Below are positions 25,058 through 37,200 of a DNA stretch of 64,000 bases, one piece after another. The number at the start of each line of letters is the position of its first letter. Positions within the stretch are counted from its first letter, which is position 1. The notes beneath the pieces are model-generated. The model made no database searches, had not been told where the DNA came from, and saw nothing but the letters and a program-made list of their open reading frames with translations. Both the position numbers and the translations under genes were made by a program. Origin of the DNA: Podarcis filfolensis (lineage: Eukaryota); NCBI GenBank assembly GCA_964270895.1, contig OZ185444.1; one strand, given 5' to 3'.

Positions 25058-25246
25058 TTAATCAATAGAAACTCTGGCTGGAATATCTACCTGAACACCA
25101 AATTGTTCAGAAAGTGTTTTCAATTTCTCTTCCAAGAGAATATTTTTTTTAACTTCTTCATTATAGTTGTATTTTAGATCCTCAATTTCTTCAAAAAAGG
25201 ATGGATCAAAGTGGTCCAGTTCATTTTTCAGCTTTCTGACTTCTTC
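25058..25246 (-). CDS. CEP290: CEP290 terminal exon 54 ([28 protein letters not shown]...ARVSID*)
   Basis: ttcctcattag acceptor, TAA at 25060-25058. Confidence 0.95.
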   Translation of the reverse strand, partial: EEVRKLKNELDHFDPSFFEEIEDLKYNYNEEVKKNILLEEKLKTLSEQFGVQVDIPARVSID

Positions 25247-28200
25247 CTAATGAGGAACAGCAAAAATTTCACACAATAAATCCTTACACATTAAATCCTA
25301 ACAATTTCATCTCAGATACATGTGCATTGTTTCATCTTTGGCTTGGGGCTTTGATGTAAAATGTAGGCCGTAAACATAATGGGCACAATCTAGCCAAAGT
25401 TAAGTACTTTTAAATCCCAGAGATTCTAGTGGGGATGTAAGAATGCAGCTCTTTGCCCACTAAAATCAATGGGACCCAGAAGTCTGGCTAGCTCATGCTC
25501 CGAGTTTAAGAACACGGATGCAACTTTTCATTGTAGTAGAGGAGTGAATCTTCAGGTGGGTTGTTTCTCTTCACTTTACTAGGTAGGACAGTAGAAATAC
25601 AGAAATGTATCTGTGGGAGACAGCCTTGCCTTAGCTCCTATAGACAAGCTCTGGGTTTGCTCTGCCATTTTCTCTGCTTGCTGGAACTTCGTAGTCTTTC
25701 TTCTTGCTAGATGTACTCTCAAAACCCCAAAGCTTTGCACTTGGGACAGTTTTACTATTTTTTCCACAGAATTAGGTTAAAAATATCTGGTGCTGCTGGC
25801 TTGTGCCCATACTGTTTAGTATCTTACCTTTGGGAATCTACAATCCAATATGGGGAAATTTCACCTGTCTTGAAAAGCTTGATAGGAAAGAGGTAACCTG
25901 TGAGTGGCAGGTGAAATATCTAGCAAGGAATGACTGTTAATAGCTTATCTCAAATTGTGGGTAATGATAGCTAAAACACATTCTGAAAAATCTTCTCAAT
26001 AAACAGATACTTATCTGGAAGTAATTGGAATATTTACAAGACTTACATGAAGTCGCTGCTGTTCTAAATCAGAGGTTTTCAACTGTGTCTTGAGGCTTGT
26101 TACCTCTGCCAGTAGTTTATAGTTTCCATCTTTCCCTAGGGATTCAAATGGAAGATTTTCCATATGTATGTGTGTGATGAAGATTCCAAAAAAGTTACAA
26201 GCTAGAAAGTCTGTTCTCTACTGCTACAAAGTTAATAATTTACTACAAACATTTACAGGCAGCTTCCCATTTATGCACCTTTGATTTGCTTGCGGTGCAA
26301 GGCACCTGGAAGTGGTACCCAGAAATGGGAGCATCTGGTTAGCCAAGCTCTGCTGTCCCATACATGTCAGCTGTGCCTGCTTTGCCACCCCTCTGACTCC
26401 TGTGAGCATAAGGGACAGCAGGACTCCTATCAAGGGTGCTTCCATTTTACACAACTTTGTGTGTGCAACCCCCACGTAAATAGGGAGTCACCTTTACATT
26501 ATTTACATAAGCATAGGTAGGCATCTTCAGACAAATAGTCTAATTGCTCATGTGTTTACTAGGTTTGTACCACAGGCAGTTCAATAGACATGTAGATAAT
26601 ACTCAATATGTTTTAGATGCCAGTTAACAGCCTTATGTGCTATAGCTGTATAACCTCAGAATACAGTAAAAACTACCACTACTTTCCAGTGTTCTGTTCT
26701 CATTTTCCTGAAACTTAATATTCTAAATCTAATGTGATTTCCCTCAATAAATGTAAAGTTTCCAATACAAGTGGAGTAAATGAAGCCATTTCATTGGTCC
26801 AGCCAGGTGAGTAAATAAAGTCCTTACATGACAATTCAAGATAAGTTTTATCATTAAATAAAACCGGGGAGTCCCAGGTTTTGTAGAGCTTCACCTGAGT
26901 TCCTTTGTGACAAAAACTGGATATTCTGGGAGAATGGTTCTACAAAAACTTAGATACTGCTTACTGTAATTTACTTCACATTCAAAAACCTATTAGTCAA
27001 AAGTCCTAATCCTTCCCTTGCTTGAGTGGAAGGCACTTTTGCTCACATACGTCTACCATTTCCTCCCTCTTTTAGCCTTCCACACTTCATTCAGCATTGT
27101 TCAGATATGTCCCTGATTCTAGGAAGTAGCTTTTCAGAAGGCTAGACAGCCCTGTTGTGTGAGTGAAGTTCTGCTAAAGCTTCTTTATATTTAAGTCTTT
27201 GGTAGGTTTGATCTGTAGTATTTTAAACGTTACCAGCTGCAAATCCACCATCTTCCTTAACTTCAGTCTGTTTTCGAGAACTCTCCACCTGGTAAGCTAA
27301 CTCTGCCTTTTCCTTTTCCAAACGATCATTGGTTAATCTGCAACCGCATAAAACAGGACAAAGATCTAAATAGTCCTCAATATTTTTCCATGTAGATCTG
27401 TAGAAGAAACAAGCTTTTCTTTGCTTTACCTGAGAAGCTGAAGTTCTTTGGCAAGCCCTTGCTCTGTTTTGGCACCCTCAGGAAAGTGTTTGAGAAGTTC
27501 AACCTTTACATAGAAGAAAAGAAAAAAATACTTTTAACATTAGAAATTTCTAGGTCTTTGTGTTCTGGGTTCTTTGCTCTGCTACAGGCAATCTGGGACT
27601 TCCGGTCAGCGCCGGCGATTAATGGCTGACTTTCCCCCGAGCTCCGGGGGAAGCCTGCTCCGCGGGTTCGGGTCCTGTCGCAACGGCGAAGCGGGGACCC
27701 TAAAAAATCACAGGCGCGGGAGCCTGTGAGCGAAGAGATCCGGCGGGCACCTTTTGCGCCCCCCCAAAACCGCAAAGAAGCCTTTTTAAAGGCTTTGGAG
27801 CGGCAGCGGGAGAACGGCACGGTGCTGAGGGTCGCTGACAAAGCCTGCTGAGTGAAGCCGCATTGCCATGATCGGAGAGCGCTGATTTCTTCTCTGAAAA
27901 TTGGACTTTAAAGCAACTACTCGAAGTTCAGCTCCTGTGCTGTCTGGGTTTGTGGTGTGGTATGTGAACAAGAACAGGTAATACACGCCTGACTCCAAAG
28001 GAAAGAAAAATCTAAAAAGTAATGAATTAAAAAGCCTGCTGAAAATAAAACTGTAAGGGACTCTTAAAAAAAACTCTTTGTAAAGCCAGAAGACGTGACA
28101 CAAGCAGGAGATGGTGCTATTCCAAATGCAAGTCCTTTCCTCTAGATGTGTAGAGGAGAGGAAAGTACAGCATCCTAAACAAAAGGTAGATTGTGCACTA

Positions 28201-31200
28201 AAATTCTGCAGATAAAATATAAATTAAAGATGGTTGGCAAATTACACCCGGAATCATGTTTACTTACCTGTTCTTTTAAAATTTCAATATATTTTTCATT
28301 TTTTTCTTCACTCTCTGTGGATTTTCGTAATGCCTGTTTAAGATCACTAATGGCTTGAGTTTTTTTGGCAATATCAGCTTCCATTTCTTTCATCTTATTT
28401 TCATACATTCTGAAAGAGAAAATTAAGATCTGTTCAAAACGTTGTTTCTAGAGTTAGAATAAAACCTTAAGCTGCTATATCAAGGGAGTGCAGCAAAGAG
28501 GGATCATTTTACAAAACAGTATGGGAAAGATGTTTTATATGTCAAGCCTTGCTGATCTACAAATTATATTAAGGCACCACACTTAACAAATTTTGCATTA
28601 AGGAACTTGCACAACATCCATTTATTTTTCCATTAATATACAAAGCAGAAACAATCAACTGATGAAATTCACAAGTGGGAGAAGATATAAATAAGGAGGG
28701 TGGGCAATTTTTTAGCCATTTCTCTTCAGTAAATATGAAACCAGTATGATGCTTTATCAATTTGGTGATGGTGGCTTTTTTTTTTTTAACAAAAAGGATA
28801 CTTTCTCTCTTTCCAACATTGTTGCTCAAAGTTCAAAGAAAATACCTACAATATGAGAAGAAATCTATATGATGGTGAGTATTCATGAGCACACCATTTT
28901 CTATGGAGCACTTGATGCCTGTTAGTTGCTGGGAATCTTGCAACGTATCCTGGACTAGACAGAGCCTTTGATATAGGCAAGGCGTTTATTATACTCCTTA
29001 ACTGGAGTGCAAATTAAGGATAATTTAACCATCAAAAAGTCCCAAAGTATGTCCTCTTTTAACAAATGTGTGACATGTGAATGGACCACAGAGACACTTA
29101 ATAAAAATAAAAGCAACCTGAAATCAACTCACTCCTATTGCACACAATATTATTCACATTAGTCTAACAACAATCAGCAACTGTCCCAAACAGCATTTAT
29201 ACACTTTCCTAACTTGATTATGTATGACTGACTAAATAAGTATACTGTATACATGACTCAGGATCATATACTGGATATGTACAATTTTTTTTTTATTCTG
29301 AAAATAAGTCTCATTTATTGGCAACAATGAGGAAAATAGACAAGCAAAGCTATCCAATTAATCTTTAAGTTCTTACCTTGTTATCACAATGGATTTCCCA
29401 CCCTTGCCATCAGCTCCCTCAAGCTGCAGGTTTCTGCTTTCTGCCAAGCTTAACTTCCTTAGGGTCTCTTCCAGTTCTGCAGTCAATTTCTCATTTATTA
29501 TCTCAAGATTATTCTTTGCAATCCGCAGCTTCTCTGAATTCTCTGCTTCCTATTGACCAACAAAAATCCCCCCAAGAATATTGCATGCATTGAACTGGTT
29601 CAGATGGAATTTTTCAAGAAAGGGTACGCCTATACCTTATGTCAGCTTAAGCACCGTTCAATTCAAAGGAGTTGTTCATTATATCCGAAATGAGAAACTG
29701 TTTTAATACATGCTTACAGACCTAGATCTCAGAAACCATATTTCATTCCTGATTAGTAAATACAAAAACATATTAGCTTGTTTCAGATGTAATGAAGAAC
29801 TGTGCTCTGAATAAAACAAGTGTGGAAGCTGTTGTGCAAGGGAAGGGCAAAAGGAGAGTGTTAATTCCTACTTGCTATATACTATGCTTTAACATGCCAG
29901 GGTTTTTATGCCCCAAAGGATCCATTGTAACAAGGAATTTTTAAAAAGCTATATTAGATATTCTAAGCTAGAAGGCCTTTGTCTTTTGAGAGAAGAACTG
30001 AATGATAATAAGAATACTTCATGATATCAACGTTTTCACAGATGTACCTTTTTCAGCTCCTTCCGGATTCTCTCATTTTCAGCAATTATCTTTTCCGTGC
30101 CTTTAGTTTTCAGTTCATAGCGCATACTCAATTCCCCTCCAAGGTGAACTTTTAGTTTTTCCATTTCAGACTTAATTCAGAAATAAATAAAAAAGGGTAT
30201 TGGTTATCTGTCATGTTGATATTGCTACAAACTGGAAAAAAGCACTGTGCCCATTTAAGTATATGAAAAAAACTCGCACCAATTTATAGACAGCTGTGTG
30301 TAATTCTTTAAAAATCACCAATAAGTTTAAAATAGAATCCTACACTGAGCTTTCCATGGATCTTATATACATTTAATTTTTATATTAACACACAAAATCA
30401 TACGGCTTTCGAAAGGGAATATGTTACCTTTAAATATTCATTTTCTTGTTCAAGGCTGGCTAGTTTTTCATTGGAGACTACTCCAGGTGCTTTCTTAAGC
30501 TCTTCGTTTTCTCTCTGAACTCTCTCCACAACCTTTTTCATCAAACCAATTGTTTTCTCTAATTCTGGAATAGTTTTCCCACTTCTTCCAGACTATACAA
30601 CAAAGAAGTATTTGTCATTTTCATGTCAAAGAACTCCAGAGTTATTAGACAGCACCAGTTCATTTTCATTTAGTTCTCACAGAATCTTTAGCTTTTTCTG
30701 AAACATTAGTTATCAAGGGTTGGCAAGCTGGAATGGTGTTTTTGCAGGACCACCTCCATCCATCTATCTATGGATGATAAACTTGGTCATGCAAAAGCCA
30801 AACGTTCCCTATAATCTTAATGCACTCAAGAAAACTCCTCAACACTTGGCTCGAAAGTTCTAGCCCTGAAACTCATCCATCCAGAGACACATACCCAGAA
30901 AAGTGCAGATAATTGCATTCCCTTTTTACTCACTTGGAAATTTCCTTTTCAGTTGCCACAGTGGCATTGACTTTAATCCTGGGACACAGCGTTCTTTGAA
31001 GCAGAGGCGTATGTGACTCCCAAAGTTAAACATTTCATATTGTTTTTTGTGTGAATAGTTAATAGCTATAAAATAAGTATGATTTAGGAAAAAGGAAACA
31101 AAATATTTGGTTTACACTTGTTCTTAAAATTCAAGCTCCACAATGTTTAATACATACCCCTCTGACATTGCCTAGCTTCCGCTCAGCTTCTGCCTTCTCT

Positions 31201-34200
31201 CGTTTCAGGAGCTCACACATTTCCTTTAAATCAGCTACTTGGTTCTAAAGAGAATAAAATAGTTTTTCCCAGCTGAAAACTATACTCTAAAAATTATGCA
31301 GTTTACACTGAAAGTAATTGATCAGAACCATTATTATCTAATGAATTTTTCTGTTTGGGGTAAATGAAGGTTATATATGTGACTTATCATATAAATGATT
31401 CATAATGAAAGGACTCGTGAACCCCAAAGTATACATTGGCATTCCATGGCACCAGTCAACACGTTGAATGTAAAAAAATATACCTTTAATCTTGGCAAGT
31501 CTTTGTTGGCCTGTTCCAGCTGGAATCGTAATTCCATATTTTCAGATGATAGCATTAGGTTCTCCTTTTGAAGCTCTTGTTCTTTTTGATATTGATCATC
31601 TGATCCTAATCCTGATGTCTTGGCAAGCAGAAAAGGAGAAAGATTAGTATCAAAATGCTGAATATTTGCATTGTTTCACTTGACAAATAGCAATGCAATT
31701 GTAACATTCTGGTAAATGCCTGATCAGTTTATCCATAACATTTTTGTCTTTGGGTTGGTCACTGATATATGGCGTCTGATACAACACTTGTCAAAAAGAA
31801 ATGTTGCTCACTGCAAAGGCTTTAAAGGTACTAGCAGTTTGAATTGTGCTTGGAAATGGACTAGAAGCCATTTCCAAGAATAGTCCCAGTGAGCAGACTT
31901 ACAAGATATATTTTGAACGAACAGCAGCTGTCACATACACATGATGCATTATAGTAGTGAATCCTGGGTCCTATTCACACGATAATTCCATGGGTACTGT
32001 TCCACTGAATTCAACCAGAATTTAACAGCAATATTTGATTTGAGCTCAACTCACTGCAACACCTGCCATGGTTCTGTTATGAAAATATTAACTACTTTGT
32101 ACAGCTAGCCACTATGCACAGAACTGTATGCTAATATGCTGCTCATGGTGGCAAATAACTACTTGTAGTATTATATGCACAGATAGCAAATAAATTCAAG
32201 CCCTATTTGGGTGCACATGCAACACATGGAAGGTGGTAAGGCCAGGTGGCAGGGATGCAGCAGAGATATGGAGGCTAGATGTTTGGGCCCCTTCCGACTT
32301 CCCTCCCAGTGACTAATCACAGGAGGGGCCCCTTTTCCAAATCTACAATTCTATGACTGAACATATAGGACTTGAACAAGCAACAGCAACAAGACACATT
32401 CACAATGAACCAGAAACAACGCTCAGGATATATGCTGGAATGTTTCTGTTGTAGAAGTACAAGCTCATATTTTAGTACAATTTTTTACATTTCTTCACCG
32501 TCCTGGATGTTGTGGTAGCCTATTTCATCCTATGCACTTGTATTCTAGAGCAAAAAGCCTCAGGTGTCGACATTTACTATGATGGTGCTGTAGGTTAAAC
32601 TAGGAAACGGGGTTTCACTACATTACATACTTCAAGCAGGATCAGCTACACAAAGGATTGGTAAAGGGGAAAAGCAGGGAGTTCTTGTTTTTGGCAAACC
32701 TGAGGAACTTCACAACACTCTGCAGTCAGGTCAGCCCTCTCTTGCTCAGTTTGATGGCTCTCATGGGCATCTTCTACCATGATCTCATCATTATTTTTTT
32801 CAACTTCTGTATCGGAATCGCTGGGCTGATTAGCAGCTTCCTCCGAGTTAGGCTGAATGGAGCTCTTTCCATCAGAACAAGATTCATGCCCTGTTGCTTT
32901 TTCTTGTTCATCTTCACCACCTTCATCTCCATCACCACCACCACTGCCACTGGAATGCTTGCAAGTTTCTTCTGTTTCTCCTTTGGTTATTTCACATTCT
33001 TGGTCAATTTTCTCTTCTTCAGCAGAACCATTTTTCTGTTCTGCATTCTCTTCAATGGAACTCGTTTTTGGAGAGTTGCTCTTTTTACCTTCTGATGCTG
33101 CCTCTAAATCCACTTGATTTCCCCCATTTTCAAAGTGCTGTTCTGGAATTCCATTGACAGCAACACCTTTGGCAGCCTGATGGGATTCGTCTGTAATATG
33201 TGTCCCCTCATCGTCCCCATCATCATCTGTGTTAGTCATATCATCAAAAGCTTGGTGTCTTGACTTGGTGTTGCCCAACAGAGTCCTCTTAGGCAGGTAT
33301 TTCAGATGTTTGTGCTTAGTGAATTTGTTAGTAGTAAGAGAAGTATTAGCCAATGCAGCTGTCTCACATGGAGAACTCTGATACAGAAGAAAGAGGTAAT
33401 GTTGCATAGAAAGAAAAGTAGTAGATAGTAAAGGAAGGATGACACCTATTCACATTAATGTAACTTAATCGGAATATAGCTTAACTGCAAGAAGAAACAA
33501 GATGCAAATCAGGATGATGTGGACTCGTTCAGTACATCAATTTTATCTGGTTTCAGTTCTCTAAAGCTTAATTCATCCTCTGCTTCCACTTGTCTCTAAA
33601 CTAAGCTGCCATATTCAAATAAAAAATTTTTTCCCTGTCCTTAAATCTAACAGAACTTTGTGGCCCATCTAGTTCAACATTCTGTTTTTAACCAGTCAGG
33701 TGCTCTTGGTAGGTACTTCACTGTTTGTCCCCGCATCTAATACTCTGAGATGCAGACTGCCTCTGGAGATTGAAGGTTCCATTTAGTCGTAACAAAAGAG
33801 CCACTAAACAGACCTTTGAGTTTGTCTATTTTTTTCCCCAAGTTATCCAAGCTAGCAATTATCACTGTACTGCAGTAATGACTACTATAAGCAGACCACA
33901 AGTTGTTTGAAGAAGTATTTTCTTTTGTCTTTCTTGAATACACTGCCACACCAGCAATTTAACAGTACAACCCTGAATTATAACATTATGAAGGAAGATG
34001 AAATTTCCATAATTTATTTTTTTCCATAACGTTAACAAGTTTTTAAAATCAGTATCATACTCTCTTTAGCCTTCTTTTTGAACTTAAAAGCCCCAAACAT
34101 TTTAATCTTTCTTAAGATGCGAGTTGGGTCCAACCCCTGGTCGTTTAGTGCCCTTTTCTGGTTCTTGAAATAGCAAGGTTAAAACTGCACAATATGTGCT

Positions 34201-37200
34201 TGCATCATAACATAAGGATACACTGACACTGATTTTATATCCTTTTTCTAAGAAGTGCCTTACTCTGAATTTGCATTTTTCACTTCTACTAAGTTCATAC
34301 CTTTAAGTGGGGGTATTCAGATGTTACTAAGTTCAGTGTATCTCTCTAGTGGAGATGGAATTGAAATTCCCTTTTTATCTAAGCCTGCTCAGGCAGTAAT
34401 TCTTCCCCCATTACAGGACCTTATATACTTTCTCATCACCCCTCAAGACAGGCATTGATGCTTCAATCTTCTCACTTCACTCCTTGCAATATAAAATCTG
34501 AAGGTTCTCCTAATGTTAGTACAATGCTATCATTACAAAACAACCAGGTACCGACCCATTGGTGTTCAGAATTACAAAGCTTTAAGTACCCGGTTTCTGC
34601 AGCACTTGCACAGGCAATAAAATTCTCATCAGCTGAGATAAAGAACAGAAACAAGACAGCTTACACAATGAAGGCTACAAGTTGAATGTAAACACACACA
34701 CACACACACACACGGCTGCATAATTCAAGTAATAAGAATAGATTAACCTACTGAAGGTCTTGAAAAAGTGTCTCTGGAAAGCTGTTTCTCCAATACAAGA
34801 AGCTTTTCTTGTAGGTATCTGTTTTTTAAGTGTAAATCTTCTACAACAGAATCTCGAGGGACAGCATACTGTGTCCTGCATAAAAAGCATGTGAGATTGC
34901 AGAACCAGTGCATGACTTGACATACGATTTACATTTTTAAAAATTATTCTACTTAAACATGGGTAAGGATGAGTAGCATTAGATATGCACCAGCTTTCCT
35001 ATAATGCACATGCTATCCTACAGCATTACATAAAATATATCTATCCACACACATATTGATCTGGTTCAGATGAAATGCTAAACTATGCTTTAGTTTTACA
35101 TGCATAACTCTCGGACTTGTACACTACCCATTCCCCTCTCCTCCTCCAACATGACTATGAACAATTGATCAGAAGGTTTCACATCCATTTTCAATTAACC
35201 ACGATTAATCATTTCATCAGAACTCCTAAAAATACATATTTCTGCACTGAACTTGTTAATAAGAGGGTGCCACAGAAAACTTTAATCCTCTTTTAAGAAA
35301 TACCTGTTTGTGAAAAAGCAGCATTCCTCTCTAAAATATCAAGAGTAGCCTAATTTGTACATAAAGCTAACCCATAGCTGTTTAGCTAAAGTATGGTTTT
35401 TCTGAAAATCTGAACCCAGCTTACTACTTTACCCATATTTGTTTCTGCCAACAAACCATATTGTGAAGCCACAATTGGTTATTGGGTTACATTGATTTGG
35501 AGTAACGCACAAACCCCAAAGCTATGCTTGACCATGGTTTGTTGAGCCAACTCACCCCAACCACTCACCAAGCTACAGTCATGAGGCAAGAACAACTGGA
35601 AAGCAAACTAAGCTTTAGAAAAATAAGTTGTGGCTTGTTTGCCTGTCTGCTTCTTGAACAAAACCATGGTTAAAACAAACAAGTATCCAGCATTGTGTGT
35701 ACATTAAAACTAACGTAATTTTTTAATGCCATGCTTGTATTAATTCCTCAAAATGGTTAAAATGTTCAGCTTCCAGGAACAGTGCTCTCTTGAAATGTAC
35801 TTAATAAATCAAAAGTGCCTATTTAGAAAAGACCATAAAAAACAGAGCACTCTTAATTTCACTTTTTTTGGAAGTATTTCTTACTTTAGGTGAACAATCT
35901 CATTCTCCAAATCTATATTTCGTTTTCGTAGCTCTTCCAGCTCTCTCTCTGATTCAGAGGCTCGTACTCCTACAACCTGATCAACAGTAACACCACAGCT
36001 CTTGAGTTTCTTCTGCAAAGCAATTTTTTCTTTATCCGCCCTGTAGTATTTAATGGATTTGCATTAATATAATGGTACATTTGCTTCCATACAAAATAAC
36101 ATTTGAAGATTAATTGGTCTGCTTAATCTGATGCATGCCTACTCAGAAATCATTCCTACTCAGTTGAATGAGATTCCCTCTCAGGAAATGTGTACAGGAT
36201 TGCAGCCCTACTTGAGGAAGTTTTTTCCAGGAGTACCTATAATTAGGAGATCTAGAAAACTGTGCCAGTGGACTACATTTGAGAAAGTGCTGTCTGCAGC
36301 CTTATAAACATACAATACACTACTATAGCACCATGTCCTTGATCAATAAATAGTGGTATGTCATATTGCTGTAAGTTTTGTTAATTAAAGTAAGCTTACT
36401 TTGAAAAAAGTTCCTTTACTGTGTTTAACTGTTTGGCTAAGGACTCTACTTCCTTCTCCTTTTCTTTCAGTTTGTTCCTCATTCCTTCCGTTTTCATCTG
36501 CCATTTCTTACTTTCCTCCCATCTAATTAATTCTTCCTTAGAGCTCTGCAAAATGACCAAAAAAAAATATGTAAAGTTCTCCAATTTTATTTCTAAAGAG
36601 TGAAAACATCCACATTTAAGTCTGCTTATTTTTCTTTAATAAATGCACGCATAAATGTTTGATGTGCTGCTTTTTCTATCCTCTTCGCTGTGGAATAGAG
36701 AACCCTTTTTGGACAGACAGGACCAGTCATGCTATCTGGCCATTCATTCATTTGCATTCTGCCTTTGGGGGCACAGCCTACCCAAGAAGCCTTGCAATAT
36801 CAAAACCGTATAAAACACATCACAACCCTGCCCACAAGTATTTCATTCATAACAAAGCAAATGAGTCATTATAACGCAGAAGAAAAACATGATAGTGAGA
36901 AATGATGTAAGCTAAATTTATTTTAGTCGTGCATCTCTCATACCTTGTCCTCTCTTGGGGTTTTCATTTCTGACTCATCGCTCTTCTTTCCTAGTTCACT
37001 TTCCAACTTCTTAATTTTTCTTTGAAGTTCCTCTATCAGGCTTTGGTCATCAGCTTTTCCCTGAAAAATTGGGAAAAGTTTAAACTAACTTTAATTGCCA
37101 TGCATCATGACTGTGGACATTGGGAGCATTTTAGCAGGTATCATCACTGCACAACCAGATGCGATATTCAAACTCCATTGAAATGAATGCAAAATACACA

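Noticed and set aside
25630-25706. Possible alternative exon 53 (phase 1-0, AAG|GCAAGG donor)
   Set aside because: No polypyrimidine tract and no similarity to CEP290; the true exon 53 is at 26047-26135.
27506-28103. 111-aa and 105-aa minus-strand ORFs
   Set aside because: They lie in the CpG-rich repeat-like island with no homology and no phase-compatible splice sites.
32658-33157. Hydrophobic + strand ORFs (145, 86, 87 aa)
   Set aside because: Antisense shadows of the purine-rich minus-strand acidic exon.
34472-34633. Strong-looking acceptor and ORF in CEP290 intron 44
   Set aside because: The phase-0 reading stops after 16 codons and no compatible donor exists; the open frame is in the wrong phase.
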